NCBI GenBank assembly: GCA_001782235.1
Contig: MFOC01000003.1
Location: 1 to 45,850, forward strand
Origin: Candidatus Levybacteria bacterium RIFCSPHIGHO2_02_FULL_40_18
Lineage (GTDB): Bacteria > Patescibacteriota > Microgenomatia > Levybacterales > GWA1-39-11
Length of the DNA: 45,850 nucleotides
Reading direction: 5' to 3'
Both the position numbers and the translations under genes were made by a program. Below, piece after piece: positions 18,248-27,259 of this stretch (position 1 is its first letter; the number at the start of each line of letters is the position of its first letter). The notes under the pieces are model-generated. The model was given only the letters and a program-made list of their open reading frames with translations. It was not told the DNA's origin and searched no databases.

Positions 18248-20143
18248 CTATGGAGCTCCGGGTACCGGCCCGCCGTTTCCGTGGGGACCGATGGGACAGG
18301 TGTTATTTACATCTGCGGGCTTTGCGCCCGATACGCCCCCCGTGTAGTAATAACAAAGCTCATGAGTCCCATTTTTCAGCCAGCATTTTCCACTTGGCCC
18401 CTGATATCCAGGCTTAACCCACGTCCAAGCAAGACACTCCTGGTTAAGTTGGCAGTCTGATTGGCACATTTGAGGGCTTGGAGAATCATAGCCTGAGATG
18501 TCGCCGCCCGGATAATTAAGGTTGTCTGCCATACCTGAGGTTATTGAGTAGCCTCCACCTGCGCCGCCTCCCTCCGATGTACCCCCGCAACTACCACCAA
18601 GAGGCTGCCAATTGTTCTGGGTTTGACAGCGCCAATACTGATGATCGGATCCGCAAACTGCCTCACCGCAAACTCCTGTGTAGTTTTGATTAACTGTTCC
18701 ATCTGAGCCAATAACCCATCCGTTAGGACAGGTGCACGAAGCGTCCTTACCGCCGCCTGTGTCCCCTCCGCCTCCGCCTGTACCGTTATTATTTTCTCTC
18801 TCATCCCCTGGGTTGTTTGTAGCCGGCGGGTTTTGGCAAGTCAGAACCGGAAGAATACTCTGCGCTATCCAAGCTCGCTCAACACTGTCAAAACCTTGTC
18901 CGCCGCATAAAGCCATAACAGTTCCCGAACTTCCGCTTGGACCGCAATTGGGCTGGAAAGGAGCGTAGAATGAAGTACTCGTGGCACATCCGGGGTATGC
19001 TCCGGTTGATCCGGCATCACGCCAAAATGCCTCTCCCGCGGGATTATCCGAACAATTGCTCCTAAGCCCCGGATTAAGACTTGTCTGACTTACATATCCT
19101 GCCCCTTGATTATAGTAGCGGTCGTAGAGTTGCCCAATCATATGGCCCAAAAACTCGTGCTTGCCTCGCCAGATAAGATTTCCCGAATCAATTGTGTTGA
19201 TGACCGCGGGACCTGATCCGATCACCGAAGCGCTTGTGTTCCCACCCTGGACAAGAACTATTGCGCCAGCAGCGCCAGTTTCTGCTCTTGCCGATTGGAT
19301 TACGCCGTTAAGCGCTGGCGTGTTAAAACATGCAACAATATTACTTGTGCAGCCTGTGGGGGTTGTATTTTCATAGATTTTAAAATCAAAGTAATTTGAT
19401 GCGGCTCCGTATGGGTCAACGGAAAGGCTCAAGATAATATTATTTGCGTCGTTTCTGAAAGCAGCCATGTTCGAATACCCATCGCTAATTATCGCGATCG
19501 GAATCCGGCTGCAAGTTTGCGCAATTTGCGAAGTATTTCTTACTTTTCCTTCCTGCACAGGGTAGGAAGGAACCGGAATCTCAAAAACTATCTGCCCGTT
19601 TTTAAGAAGACTCACATTTTTTACTTTTGCATCAAACGGCACATAGATATAAGAAGCTATTTTGTTGGGGAAATCGGTGTTTTTAGCTGCCTCTCCGGGT
19701 CCAGGATGAGAAAAAATATGTTCGTTTACCGAAACCGGGAGTGAAGAGATCACCGATCCCTTATCGCCATTGAAAACAATCTTGTAAGAAGAACCTGAGG
19801 CAAGCCTTGCGTCGTACTCTATGCGCTCTGATAATACGCTGAATTCTTTTAGCTCGAGTCGCCCGCTCTGACCGTCATATTCCACAAGCATTTTAAAGGT
19901 GCTAGGAACAAAGGGCTTAAAACTTTTTATCTTCAGGCCATCTCCACCCTGATCTCCCTCCTCCTGGGAGCTTTTGCCGCTGCCGCCCGGAGTTACAACT
20001 TTTGACATTATTCCGAACAAAATGCCTCCAAGGATCAAAATAACAAATAAAAACGCTGCTATTTGAAGGGGCGAATGACGATCTGATATAAAATCTTTCA
20101 CAATAAAAGCGTAGTTAAATATTTCCTTAATGTCAATGTACAT
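18248..20143 (-). CDS. Membrane-anchored exoprotein: M64 (IgA-peptidase)-like domain with atypical HEFLGH motif, Gly/Cys-rich region, C-terminal PAN/Apple-like domain
   Basis: TM helix IAAFLFVILILGGILFGIM. IPIAIISDGYSN...AIVLVQGGNTSASVIG...KHEFLGHMIGQLYDRYYN resembles peptidase M64. PAN-like CQSDCQLNQECLAWTWVKPGYQGPSGKCWLKNG. Confidence 0.65.
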   Translation of the reverse strand: MYIDIKEIFNYAFIVKDFISDRHSPLQIAAFLFVILILGGILFGIMSKVVTPGGSGKSSQEEGDQGGDGLKIKSFKPFVPSTFKMLVEYDGQSGRLELKEFSVLSERIEYDARLASGSSYKIVFNGDKGSVISSLPVSVNEHIFSHPGPGEAAKNTDFPNKIASYIYVPFDAKVKNVSLLKNGQIVFEIPVPSYPVQEGKVRNTSQIAQTCSRIPIAIISDGYSNMAAFRNDANNIILSLSVDPYGAASNYFDFKIYENTTPTGCTSNIVACFNTPALNGVIQSARAETGAAGAIVLVQGGNTSASVIGSGPAVINTIDSGNLIWRGKHEFLGHMIGQLYDRYYNQGAGYVSQTSLNPGLRSNCSDNPAGEAFWRDAGSTGAYPGCATSTSFYAPFQPNCGPSGSSGTVMALCGGQGFDSVERAWIAQSILPVLTCQNPPATNNPGDERENNNGTGGGGGDTGGGKDASCTCPNGWVIGSDGTVNQNYTGVCGEAVCGSDHQYWRCQTQNNWQPLGGSCGGTSEGGGAGGGYSITSGMADNLNYPGGDISGYDSPSPQMCQSDCQLNQECLAWTWVKPGYQGPSGKCWLKNGTHELCYYYTGGVSGAKPADVNNTCPIGPHGNGGPVPGAP

Positions 20144-20960
20144 TCCCCTTTCGCACGCCCTTAAAATACTTTATACTTACCTTGTGGAGTTGCCTTATGC
20201 ATTAATATTGGGAGTCGTAGAGGGTATCACCGAGTTTCTTCCTATCTCATCTACGGGACATTTGATTTTTGTTTCAAATCTTTTAAGAATCGAGCAGACC
20301 GAGTTTGTGAAAACTTTTGAGATAGCTATCCAATCTGGCGCTATTTTGGCAGTGGTTTTTCTTTACTTTCGAACCGTTTTTGGCAATTTTGAATTAATCA
20401 AGCGGATTCTTGTTGCTTTTGTTCCAACCGCAATAATAGGATTTACACTATACAAATTCATCAAACAATATCTAATCGGCAGTTCCGAAGTAGTTCTACT
20501 CTCTTTATTCCTGGGAGGAATAGTTTTGATCGCCGTCGAGTTCATCTTCAAAGCCAAAAGCCAAAAGCTAACAGCTAAAAGCCAACTTTCCTATGAAAAG
20601 GCCTTCGTAATTGGGCTTTTCCAATCCGTCTCGATGATTCCAGGCATCAGCCGTGCCGCGGCAACAATTATTGGTGGGCTTCTTGTTGGTTTGACAAGAA
20701 AAGAGGCAGTCGAATTTTCATTTTTGTTGGCAGTTCCGACCATGCTCGCCGCAACCGCCCTTGATCTCAATCAATCGAATTTCTTACAACTTACATCTTA
20801 CCAACTTACAGCCCTTACGGCCGGCTTTATCACTTCCTTTGCCGTTGCGCTAATTTCAATCAAATGGCTCCTCAAATACATTCAGGCCAATACCTTCATC
20901 CCTTTTGGAATCTACCGAATTATAATCTCTATTCTTTATTTCTTTTTGATATTAAAATGA
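20130..20960 (+). CDS. uppP: Undecaprenyl-diphosphate phosphatase
   Basis: VEGITEFLPISSTGHLI and SMIPGISRAAATIIGGL are BacA/UppP signatures. The 20130 ATG overlaps the divergent gene's start, so in-frame GTG 20184 (VELPYALILGVVEG...) is a likely true start. Confidence 0.9.
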   Translation: MSMYIPLSHALKILYTYLVELPYALILGVVEGITEFLPISSTGHLIFVSNLLRIEQTEFVKTFEIAIQSGAILAVVFLYFRTVFGNFELIKRILVAFVPTAIIGFTLYKFIKQYLIGSSEVVLLSLFLGGIVLIAVEFIFKAKSQKLTAKSQLSYEKAFVIGLFQSVSMIPGISRAAATIIGGLLVGLTRKEAVEFSFLLAVPTMLAATALDLNQSNFLQLTSYQLTALTAGFITSFAVALISIKWLLKYIQANTFIPFGIYRIIISILYFFLILK

Positions 20961-21163
20961 CATGAAGAAAATGTAGGTAATCTTACTGAAATAGGTTAGA
21001 ACTGATGCAAAAATATAATAAATAATAAGCAAAGCTCCATTACTGGAGAAATCATGCTTAGAGGTCCTTAGTTACAATTCGCTTTCTTTATAGTTTTAAC
21101 TTTCTGCTCGTATAAAATCCGAGAGGTATTTTTTTTAATTCAAAAGTCAATGGAGATCAGATA

Positions 21164-21376
21164 TTAGACTTCGATTTTGGCTTGTATTCCTAATAAATAT
21201 AGGACGGCTTCTTTTTTGTAACGGCGGTCGCCGCGAGAGTTAATACGAATCGCCGGAAGCTTACCTCTTTTACCCCATCTTTTGATTGTTAATGGTGAAA
21301 CCCGCAAAATTTGCGCCACTTCTCGAACTGTTAGTAGATCTGGTAGGTTGTCAATTGATATAGTTTGCTGTGGCAT
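21164..21376 (-). CDS. Small excisionase/MerR-family HTH DNA-binding protein
   Basis: LLTVREVAQILRVSPLTIKRWGKRGKLPAIRINSRGDRRY is an HTH_17-type motif. Confidence 0.8.
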   Translation of the reverse strand: MPQQTISIDNLPDLLTVREVAQILRVSPLTIKRWGKRGKLPAIRINSRGDRRYKKEAVLYLLGIQAKIEV

Positions 21377-21723
21377 ACTAGTTAAAATTACTTATTATCT
21401 ATATCGTATATGAAATAAGACTAGCAAAACCTATCATAGTTGTCAAGCGCCAAAAAGACTATAAGATTTATTTTGGCGCGCAGACCCCGTATGAGCGCCC
21501 TTGCGACGCGTGGACGTAGACCACGGGAGCAAGTAAGCTTCATAGCGGGGTCAAGATAGCAAAATTACTATTGGACACTTTATTTAAGTTTCCAGTTAAT
21601 TTTCAAATTGATTAATTGATCAATTAATTGGAGGTTGATAACTTGAGATTGGAAATTGAAGCTGCTATATTTTTCTCGCCGGGTTTTTTGAGGCTAACTG
21701 AAGCTAATTATAAGTTTTAAGTC

Positions 21724-22464
21724 TTACGTCTTAAGTCTTTTCAGACGGTTAGTAAGTGCTTCCCGAAAAATTAGACCGCTAAAATGCCAAATTTGGAGCT
21801 GCCGCCAAAACCGCCACGGCTGTAAAATTAGTCGAAAGAGCCACTCGAACCCTATCCTTCTAACAAAACCGGGAGCGCGCATGATTCGACCAGAGAAAAA
21901 ATCGAATGCTCCTCCTACGGCCATTATTACTGTTGCAGGAATTTCATCTTTATGCTCAAAAATCCATTTCTCCTGTTTTGGAAAACCAAGCGCAACGAAC
22001 AGAATATCTATATCAGACTGTATCATTTTTTCTTTGTCGTAGAAGTCAGAAGCATACCCGACACGCAAATTTGGCCATTTTTTTTGTAAGCAGAGCGCGC
22101 AGGCTTCTGCCACACCCTTCTGACCCCCAAAATAGCCCGTAATGACGGGCTGATTTGAAATGCTTTTCACAAGACTTTTCATGAAATCAACGCCCGTAAT
22201 TCGTGCGTAAATTGGTTTTCCAAAAAGCTTTGCCGCCCACAATATCCCGACACCATCTGGCAGGCTAATTTGAGCCTGATTCAAAAGATTTCGAAGATCC
22301 TCGTTTCTTACTGCCGCAGCAACTTGCTCGGGATTAGGGGTAAAAATTACTATTTTGTCTCGCCTCTTTTTATCTTTTCGAAGCTCGCTAAATATATACT
22401 CTAGGATTTTACTTTCTTTTTCTTCAGTAAAGCCTACCCCTAAAATGTTGGTCTTGTTAAGCAT
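21724..22464 (-). CDS. tagA: WecB/TagA/CpsF-family glycosyltransferase
   Basis: IFTPNPEQV, LPDGVGILWAAKLFG, ILFVALGFPKQEKWI, VIMAVGGAFDFFSGRIMRAP, GFEWLFRLILQPWR. Confidence 0.85.
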   Translation of the reverse strand: MLNKTNILGVGFTEEKESKILEYIFSELRKDKKRRDKIVIFTPNPEQVAAAVRNEDLRNLLNQAQISLPDGVGILWAAKLFGKPIYARITGVDFMKSLVKSISNQPVITGYFGGQKGVAEACALCLQKKWPNLRVGYASDFYDKEKMIQSDIDILFVALGFPKQEKWIFEHKDEIPATVIMAVGGAFDFFSGRIMRAPGFVRRIGFEWLFRLILQPWRFWRQLQIWHFSGLIFREALTNRLKRLKT

Positions 22465-22795
22465 GTTTTCTATTATACTACAAGATTATTTTCTAAAGAA
22501 GATATCACATTCTGATTGGGGGGTTTAGAATACTTTTTGTAATCGCGGATTTTCATATCAAATCAAGAAATTTGTATTAAATATCACCGTGTTTTTATAT
22601 CTCTATTACGATAGTTTTATAGGATAAATCTATTATGAATCTGCATGAAAAATTTGTGAAAACCAAACATATTGATTGTATAATTTAACTCAACTATAAG
22701 ACGTATTTATTAAATTGACCTAATTAACCTAATTGATCTAATTTCTAAACAAACACCAATGTTTAAAATCCCAACTTGGGACATTTCCCTAGTTA

Positions 22796-23800
22796 CTAGT
22801 CCCGATTTATAGATCTCTTGTATAGCTCAAGATTTTCAAGCGCAACCCCAACTCCTCTTACAACACAAAACAAGGGGTCCTCCGCAACGTATGCAGGAAC
22901 GCCGGTTTCGCGGGCAATATAATTGTCAAGATTTCGGAGTAATGATGTTCCCCCGGACAAAACAATCCCTTTTTCTATAATATCTGATGCAAGTTCCGGC
23001 GGAGTTGCCTCAAAAACTTCTCGAATTGCTGAGATCATGGCTTTAAGAACGGGCTGGATAGCTTCATTTACCTCTTTCTCCGATATCTCTATTGCCCGCG
23101 GCAAACCGGTTACGCTATCACGTCCCTTAATCTCCATTGTTTTATTTTCATCGCCAACTATCGCGTTGGCAAGAGTCATTTTTATTTCCTCAGCGGTCCG
23201 TTCACCCACCAAAAGATTAAATCTCTTCCTAATGTGGTTGGCTATAGCCTCCTCAATCTTGTTCCCGGCAACTCTAATTGATCTATGAACCACTACTCCA
23301 CCTAAAGAAATAACGGCAATATCGGTTGTCCCTCCTCCTGAATCTAAAATCATATGGCCCGTTGCCTGGGCAATGGGAATTTTGGCTCCAATTGCCGCGG
23401 CAAGCGGCTCCTCGATTAAATACACATTTCCGGCGCCTGCTGCCATTGTTGCATCCAAAACCGCCCTTTTTTCAACCTGAGTCACGCCAGATGGAATACA
23501 TACCATAATTTCAGGCTTAATAAAGCGGGAGCGGCCGCAAACTTTATCAATAAAATATGAAAGCATCGATTCCGTAATAACATAGTCTGCGATTACTCCG
23601 TCTTTGAGAGGACGTGTTGCAACAATATTGCCGGGAGTTCTTCCAAGCATTTCTTTGGCCTCAGATCCAACAGCCACAACCTTATTGTCGTCCGCTCTCA
23701 CGGCAACAACCGTAGGTTCATTCAAAACCACACCCTTACCTGCTAAATAAACTAGAACATTAGCCGTACCTAAATCAATACCCACTCTTTTGGATAACAT
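22796..23800 (-). CDS. mreB: Rod shape-determining protein MreB
   Basis: GIDLGTANVLVY, NEPTVVAV, RPLKDGVIADY, ILDSGGGTTDIAVISLGG, GIVLSGGTSLLRNLD. Confidence 0.95.
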   Translation of the reverse strand: MLSKRVGIDLGTANVLVYLAGKGVVLNEPTVVAVRADDNKVVAVGSEAKEMLGRTPGNIVATRPLKDGVIADYVITESMLSYFIDKVCGRSRFIKPEIMVCIPSGVTQVEKRAVLDATMAAGAGNVYLIEEPLAAAIGAKIPIAQATGHMILDSGGGTTDIAVISLGGVVVHRSIRVAGNKIEEAIANHIRKRFNLLVGERTAEEIKMTLANAIVGDENKTMEIKGRDSVTGLPRAIEISEKEVNEAIQPVLKAMISAIREVFEATPPELASDIIEKGIVLSGGTSLLRNLDNYIARETGVPAYVAEDPLFCVVRGVGVALENLELYKRSINRD

Positions 23801-24055
23801 AGTTTAATTTGGTTTAGTTTTAGGGTTTGGGTGTAGCTGCTCGTATTGTCATAGTTTGGGTCTTAGGTAAATCACCAAAAACCAAACCCCTTTACCATAC
23901 TGGCAGCTCCAACCAAAACCTTGACCATTTTGGTTTGACCCTGTCAAACCATATCTCTTCCCTATCAATTTATCGGAAATCGAAGAGAACATGTTTTTTA
24001 TAGCATTACGCAAGACAAGTTACAAGAGATCAAACTATTGTAAAAGTATCAGAAG

Positions 24056-24135
24056 CTATTGGAAATTGGTTATTAGATATTAGATAATGGTTTTACTAAT
24101 TTCCATTTTCCAATAACCATTTTCTTGCAATAACC
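24056..24135. repeat. Hairpin element of the GGAAATTGG word family, upstream of the PEGA gene
   Basis: CTATTGGAAATTGGTTATTAGATATTAGATAATGG, then TTTTA, then CTAATTTCCATTTTCCAATAACCATTTTCTTGCAATAACC. The arms are imperfectly complementary and use the same words as 4798-4926, 32570-32697 and 33657-33800. Confidence 0.6.
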
Positions 24136-24170
24136 CTGAAAACCACTATAATATACCTTACGAATCAGCC

Positions 24171-25370
24171 ATGAAAAGAATTTTGATCTCTGGTATTCTC
24201 ATTGGGCTTTTTATCACCTTAGGCTCGATTGCTGCCATTCTCTATGCCACAGGCTATAGAATTTCATTAAACGGCGGTTCTGACGGGAAAATCATAGCAG
24301 GCACAGGTCTTCTTGTTGCAACATCTAGGCCGGATGGAGCTCGTCTTCTCATAAACAACAACCTTACAACCGCAACCAATAATACAATCAATCTAAAACC
24401 GGGCGAATATGATGCCAGAATTGAAAAAGACGGATATCTGCCATGGAGTAAGAAGATAATAATTAAAAACGGCCTTGTTTCTGAGGCAAATGCCTTTCTT
24501 TTCCCGGTTGCCCCAAAGCTTGAGGCCGTAACAACAATTGGCGTCTTAAACGTTACTATGGATCGTTCGGGTTCGATTCTTGCGTATGCTGTTGCCTCAG
24601 CGTCTGCCTCAAGAAACGGGATATATGTTCTTGACATGAACGCAAGGAATCTGATATTCCTTGCCGCAACGGGCACGCAGATTGTTGGGGATATTCAAGA
24701 TAAGTTCTCGCAAGCACAAGAACTCTCATTCTCACCTGATGGCCGCGAACTTCTTGTAAAACTTACGAATAGTGTATATTATCTTTTGGCCACAGACTCA
24801 AGAAACCAAAACCCATCCGATGTGACTAATACTCTTCTTGCGGTACAAAGAGATTGGGAGCAACAAAGAACCGAGCTTGATAAGAAGATAATGGATTCTA
24901 TGTCACGTGATCTTAGAAACGTTGCGCTAACGCACTTTAAGAACATAATACCGTCTCCTGAGGGTGATAAATTGCTTTATGAAGCATCAGTTAGCGCAAA
25001 ACTTCCAATTGTGCTCAGGAAACCCGTTCCTTCTGTTAATTCTACACCTGACGAGAGAAATCTTGTAGCGGGAAGAACTTATATTTATGATGTCCGCGAA
25101 GATAAGAACTACTTTATTTTAGACCCCGATCAAATTGGGGCTGATAATCGGAATAAATATCTGTGGCATCCTGACGGGCGACATTTGATTTTTGCCAGGA
25201 GTGGGAAAATAAATATTGTTGAGTATGACGGCGGAAATCTAACAACGGTTTACAATGGCCCGTTTCTTGACAATTTGGTCTTCCCATGGCCGGACGGCTC
25301 AAGTATAACTATAGTAACAAGGCTGTCCGAAAGCGCCCCCCACAACATCTACCGAATTAGCCTCCAATAA
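24171..25370 (+). CDS. PEGA domain protein with TolB-like beta-propeller region
   Basis: N-terminal TM helix. PEGA-like PDGARLLINNNLTTATNNTINLKPGEYDARIEKDGYLPW. Later FSPDGRELLV and WHPDGRHLIF repeats are typical of WD40-like/TolB blades. Confidence 0.7.
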   Translation: MKRILISGILIGLFITLGSIAAILYATGYRISLNGGSDGKIIAGTGLLVATSRPDGARLLINNNLTTATNNTINLKPGEYDARIEKDGYLPWSKKIIIKNGLVSEANAFLFPVAPKLEAVTTIGVLNVTMDRSGSILAYAVASASASRNGIYVLDMNARNLIFLAATGTQIVGDIQDKFSQAQELSFSPDGRELLVKLTNSVYYLLATDSRNQNPSDVTNTLLAVQRDWEQQRTELDKKIMDSMSRDLRNVALTHFKNIIPSPEGDKLLYEASVSAKLPIVLRKPVPSVNSTPDERNLVAGRTYIYDVREDKNYFILDPDQIGADNRNKYLWHPDGRHLIFARSGKINIVEYDGGNLTTVYNGPFLDNLVFPWPDGSSITIVTRLSESAPHNIYRISLQ

Positions 25371-25454
25371 TCAAGGGGTATCAAAAGTATCAAGGGCACA
25401 GGGGAGCTTGAGTTTGAATTCGAGTAAGATAAATAGTATACTTCTTGACTACGT

Positions 25455-26402
25455 ATGAATGAAAAGTTGCACTTTACGCCCCTTCAGGAAACATTTGAGA
25501 GGTGGCATGCGCGTGCCTTAAAAAAAGCTCCGCTTTCAGGCCTGCTTGATCCCATAACAGATACAGCGTGGTCAGCGTCCAAAGCTAAACGTTTTTTGAT
25601 GGAGGACTTCCATAGGATTTTTATCGAAACTCAAAAAGCTAATGCTTCGTGGATAGAATCAAGATTCAAAGTTGTAAGAGAAGAATTTGGGGAGTGGTCA
25701 ATAGATGGAATGATGGTTGATCCGAATGGAAGACTTGTAGCCGGCCCATGGTCTACTTACAATGTATATTCGTCAGGTAAGGAATTTGCGTTGTCAATGG
25801 AAGATATAGTGGAAGCTGCTCAAAAAAACAATACCATGCTTTATCCATTAACTCCCTTTCGCGACAGCACGTTATTCTGGTTCTATCATCAAGGTGAGGA
25901 AGCGATCCGTTGGGTAGTTAACGAGGCGATTGGCGAGCGATTGGAAGTAGATAATTATCCTATAGATCCGGGAATTGCAAGTGAAATGCCGGATATGATT
26001 AGGATGGCTCGAATACCACGCGGGAAGATTGGTAAAGGTAAATTAGCGAAAGCAGGCATGGCTTCTGGTAGGTTGGGGTTCTGGGAGAATATAAGCGCGA
26101 ATATTTACTGGGCCGGTAAGTACATCCCAAGAGTTTATGCTGATAAATCCGGAGTCCTAGATAGACAAATTACTATTTCCCCATTAAGAGAAGGCAAGGT
26201 AATAGCATCGGGAGGATTGCCTATGGATGAAAAACATCCCAATTTAGAAGTGATAAGGACGGATCCTGATCTAGCAGGTAATGATTTTATAGCGGCAGCA
26301 CTTGTTGCTTTCGCCCAAGCGCAACCAAATCTTCCATTCGTCTTAAGCTATAACACCTATAGACCTTGGTTCGGAGAAGTTCCCCGCCACGGCGAAAAAT
26401 AA
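25455..26402 (+). CDS. Hypothetical cytoplasmic protein
   Basis: Clean 315-aa ORF with no signal peptide and no motif I recognise. Confidence 0.6.
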   Translation: MNEKLHFTPLQETFERWHARALKKAPLSGLLDPITDTAWSASKAKRFLMEDFHRIFIETQKANASWIESRFKVVREEFGEWSIDGMMVDPNGRLVAGPWSTYNVYSSGKEFALSMEDIVEAAQKNNTMLYPLTPFRDSTLFWFYHQGEEAIRWVVNEAIGERLEVDNYPIDPGIASEMPDMIRMARIPRGKIGKGKLAKAGMASGRLGFWENISANIYWAGKYIPRVYADKSGVLDRQITISPLREGKVIASGGLPMDEKHPNLEVIRTDPDLAGNDFIAAALVAFAQAQPNLPFVLSYNTYRPWFGEVPRHGEK

Positions 26403-26426
26403 TCATTCACACTATTCTATAGCTAA

Positions 26427-26435
26427 TGGTATAAT
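26427..26435 (+). promoter_or_regulatory. Extended -10 promoter TGGTATAAT (cassette A)
   Basis: Exact TGnTATAAT, 14 nt upstream of the conserved leader. The same nonamer occurs at 38353-38361 in the paralogous locus. Confidence 0.6.
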
Positions 26436-26448
26436 CCACTTAGGTTCT

Positions 26449-26571
26449 AAGGAACTTTCCCAAACTCGCATAAAAGCTGTGTGAGAACTGGCTATTGGCT
26501 TTTGGCGCTTTGCTTCTGGCTTATGCTAACAGCTAAAGGCTAAATGCTAACAGCTATTTGGGATCGCACCT
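26449..26571 (+). promoter_or_regulatory. Conserved 123-nt 5' leader, copy A (candidate structured cis-regulatory RNA)
   Basis: Matches 38376-38498 at 122 of 123 positions by hand alignment (G/A difference in CTTTTG[G/A]CGC). Possible CCCAAA...TTTGGG closing helix, CTCGCA/TGTGAG hairpin, and a long GU-containing pairing of GGCTATTGGCTTTTGGC with GCTAAATGCTAACAGCT. Confidence 0.6.
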
Positions 26572-26627
26572 TATCAACTGACACGGACATCTACTCGGAA
26601 AGCCTATATTCAAAAAAGGAGGTTGTT

Positions 26628-26807
26628 TTGAGCCTGTCAAGAATAATTGACTTGACTCTTTTAATCTCGGTCATAATAGCAGTTTTCCTTGGTCCAAATC
26701 CCTTGGGACTTGGATTTGGAATACTGGCAGGGCTGGCTTTGGTGGTTAAGATTCTTCGTGATCGATTCCGAAGAACACAAAGCCTTCCTCGGAAAAAGGG
26801 AAAATAA
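26628..26807 (+). CDS. 59-aa two-TM small membrane protein
   Basis: AAGGAGG at 26616-26622, then a TTG start 5 nt later. Sequence: LSLSRIIDLTLLISVIIAVFLGPNPLGLGFGILAGLALVVKILRDRFRRTQSLPRKKGK. The ORF-track start at 26544 lies in the leader, which is non-coding in copy B. Confidence 0.6.
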   Translation: MSLSRIIDLTLLISVIIAVFLGPNPLGLGFGILAGLALVVKILRDRFRRTQSLPRKKGK

Positions 26808-26808
26808 G

Positions 26809-26988
26809 ATGAGGGATACATTTCTAGTCAATCTGGCCCTTTGCGCTCTGATCGGCGTTCTAATATTCACCATCGGCCTCCTAACTTCACAAGAGGTAAT
26901 TTATGGGATAGCCATTTCAGTATCCCTTGTTTTGACAGGTATAGTCTTTTGCCGTAAAGGGCTTAAAGGAACAACTCGACACAACTAG
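26809..26988 (+). CDS. 59-aa two-TM small membrane protein
   Basis: The ATG is 1 nt after the previous stop. Sequence: MRDTFLVNLALCALIGVLIFTIGLLTSQEVIYGIAISVSLVLTGIVFCRKGLKGTTRHN. This is the internal start of track ORF 26689-26988. Confidence 0.6.
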   Translation: MRDTFLVNLALCALIGVLIFTIGLLTSQEVIYGIAISVSLVLTGIVFCRKGLKGTTRHN

Positions 26989-27029
26989 CCGCTCGCGAAG
27001 ATTCGCGAAGCGAGAAACGGAGGAAAACG

Positions 27030-27224
27030 ATGAGAAATCTTAAGTGGCTGCTTCTGGCAGTTACGCTCACCGCATTTGGAATCGGAGTACAGTACGCCAT
27101 CCAGTGGTCCCTCGATTGGGAACACGAAACCATGGTTGCGACCATGATTGGCATAACTATGCTATCTTTTGCGGTAGCCGCTGTTCTCATGTTCGTAGCC
27201 GAAAAACTCAACCTCAATATCTAG
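27030..27224 (+). CDS. 64-aa two-TM small membrane protein
   Basis: GGAGG lies 7 nt upstream of the ATG. Sequence: MRNLKWLLLAVTLTAFGIGVQYAIQWSLDWEHETMVATMIGITMLSFAVAAVLMFVAEKLNLNI. Confidence 0.6.
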   Translation: MRNLKWLLLAVTLTAFGIGVQYAIQWSLDWEHETMVATMIGITMLSFAVAAVLMFVAEKLNLNI

Positions 27225-27259
27225 CCGCTCGCAGACACGAGTAAGAAAGGAAAGGGAAG

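Noticed and set aside
21483-21552. tRNA, SRP RNA or another known small RNA
   Set aside because: It has a 7-bp closing stem but no D-arm or T-arm complementarity on either strand. I could not find the SRP domain IV GGAA/AGCA motif arrangement. It is kept only as an unexplained structured element.
22923-23288. 121-aa plus-strand ORF
   Set aside because: It is antisense to mreB.
26544-26627. 87-aa version of the first small ORF, starting inside the leader
   Set aside because: The same ATG in the paralogous leader (about 38471) terminates after 8 codons. A strong AAGGAGG precedes the TTG at 26628. The leader is therefore treated as non-coding.
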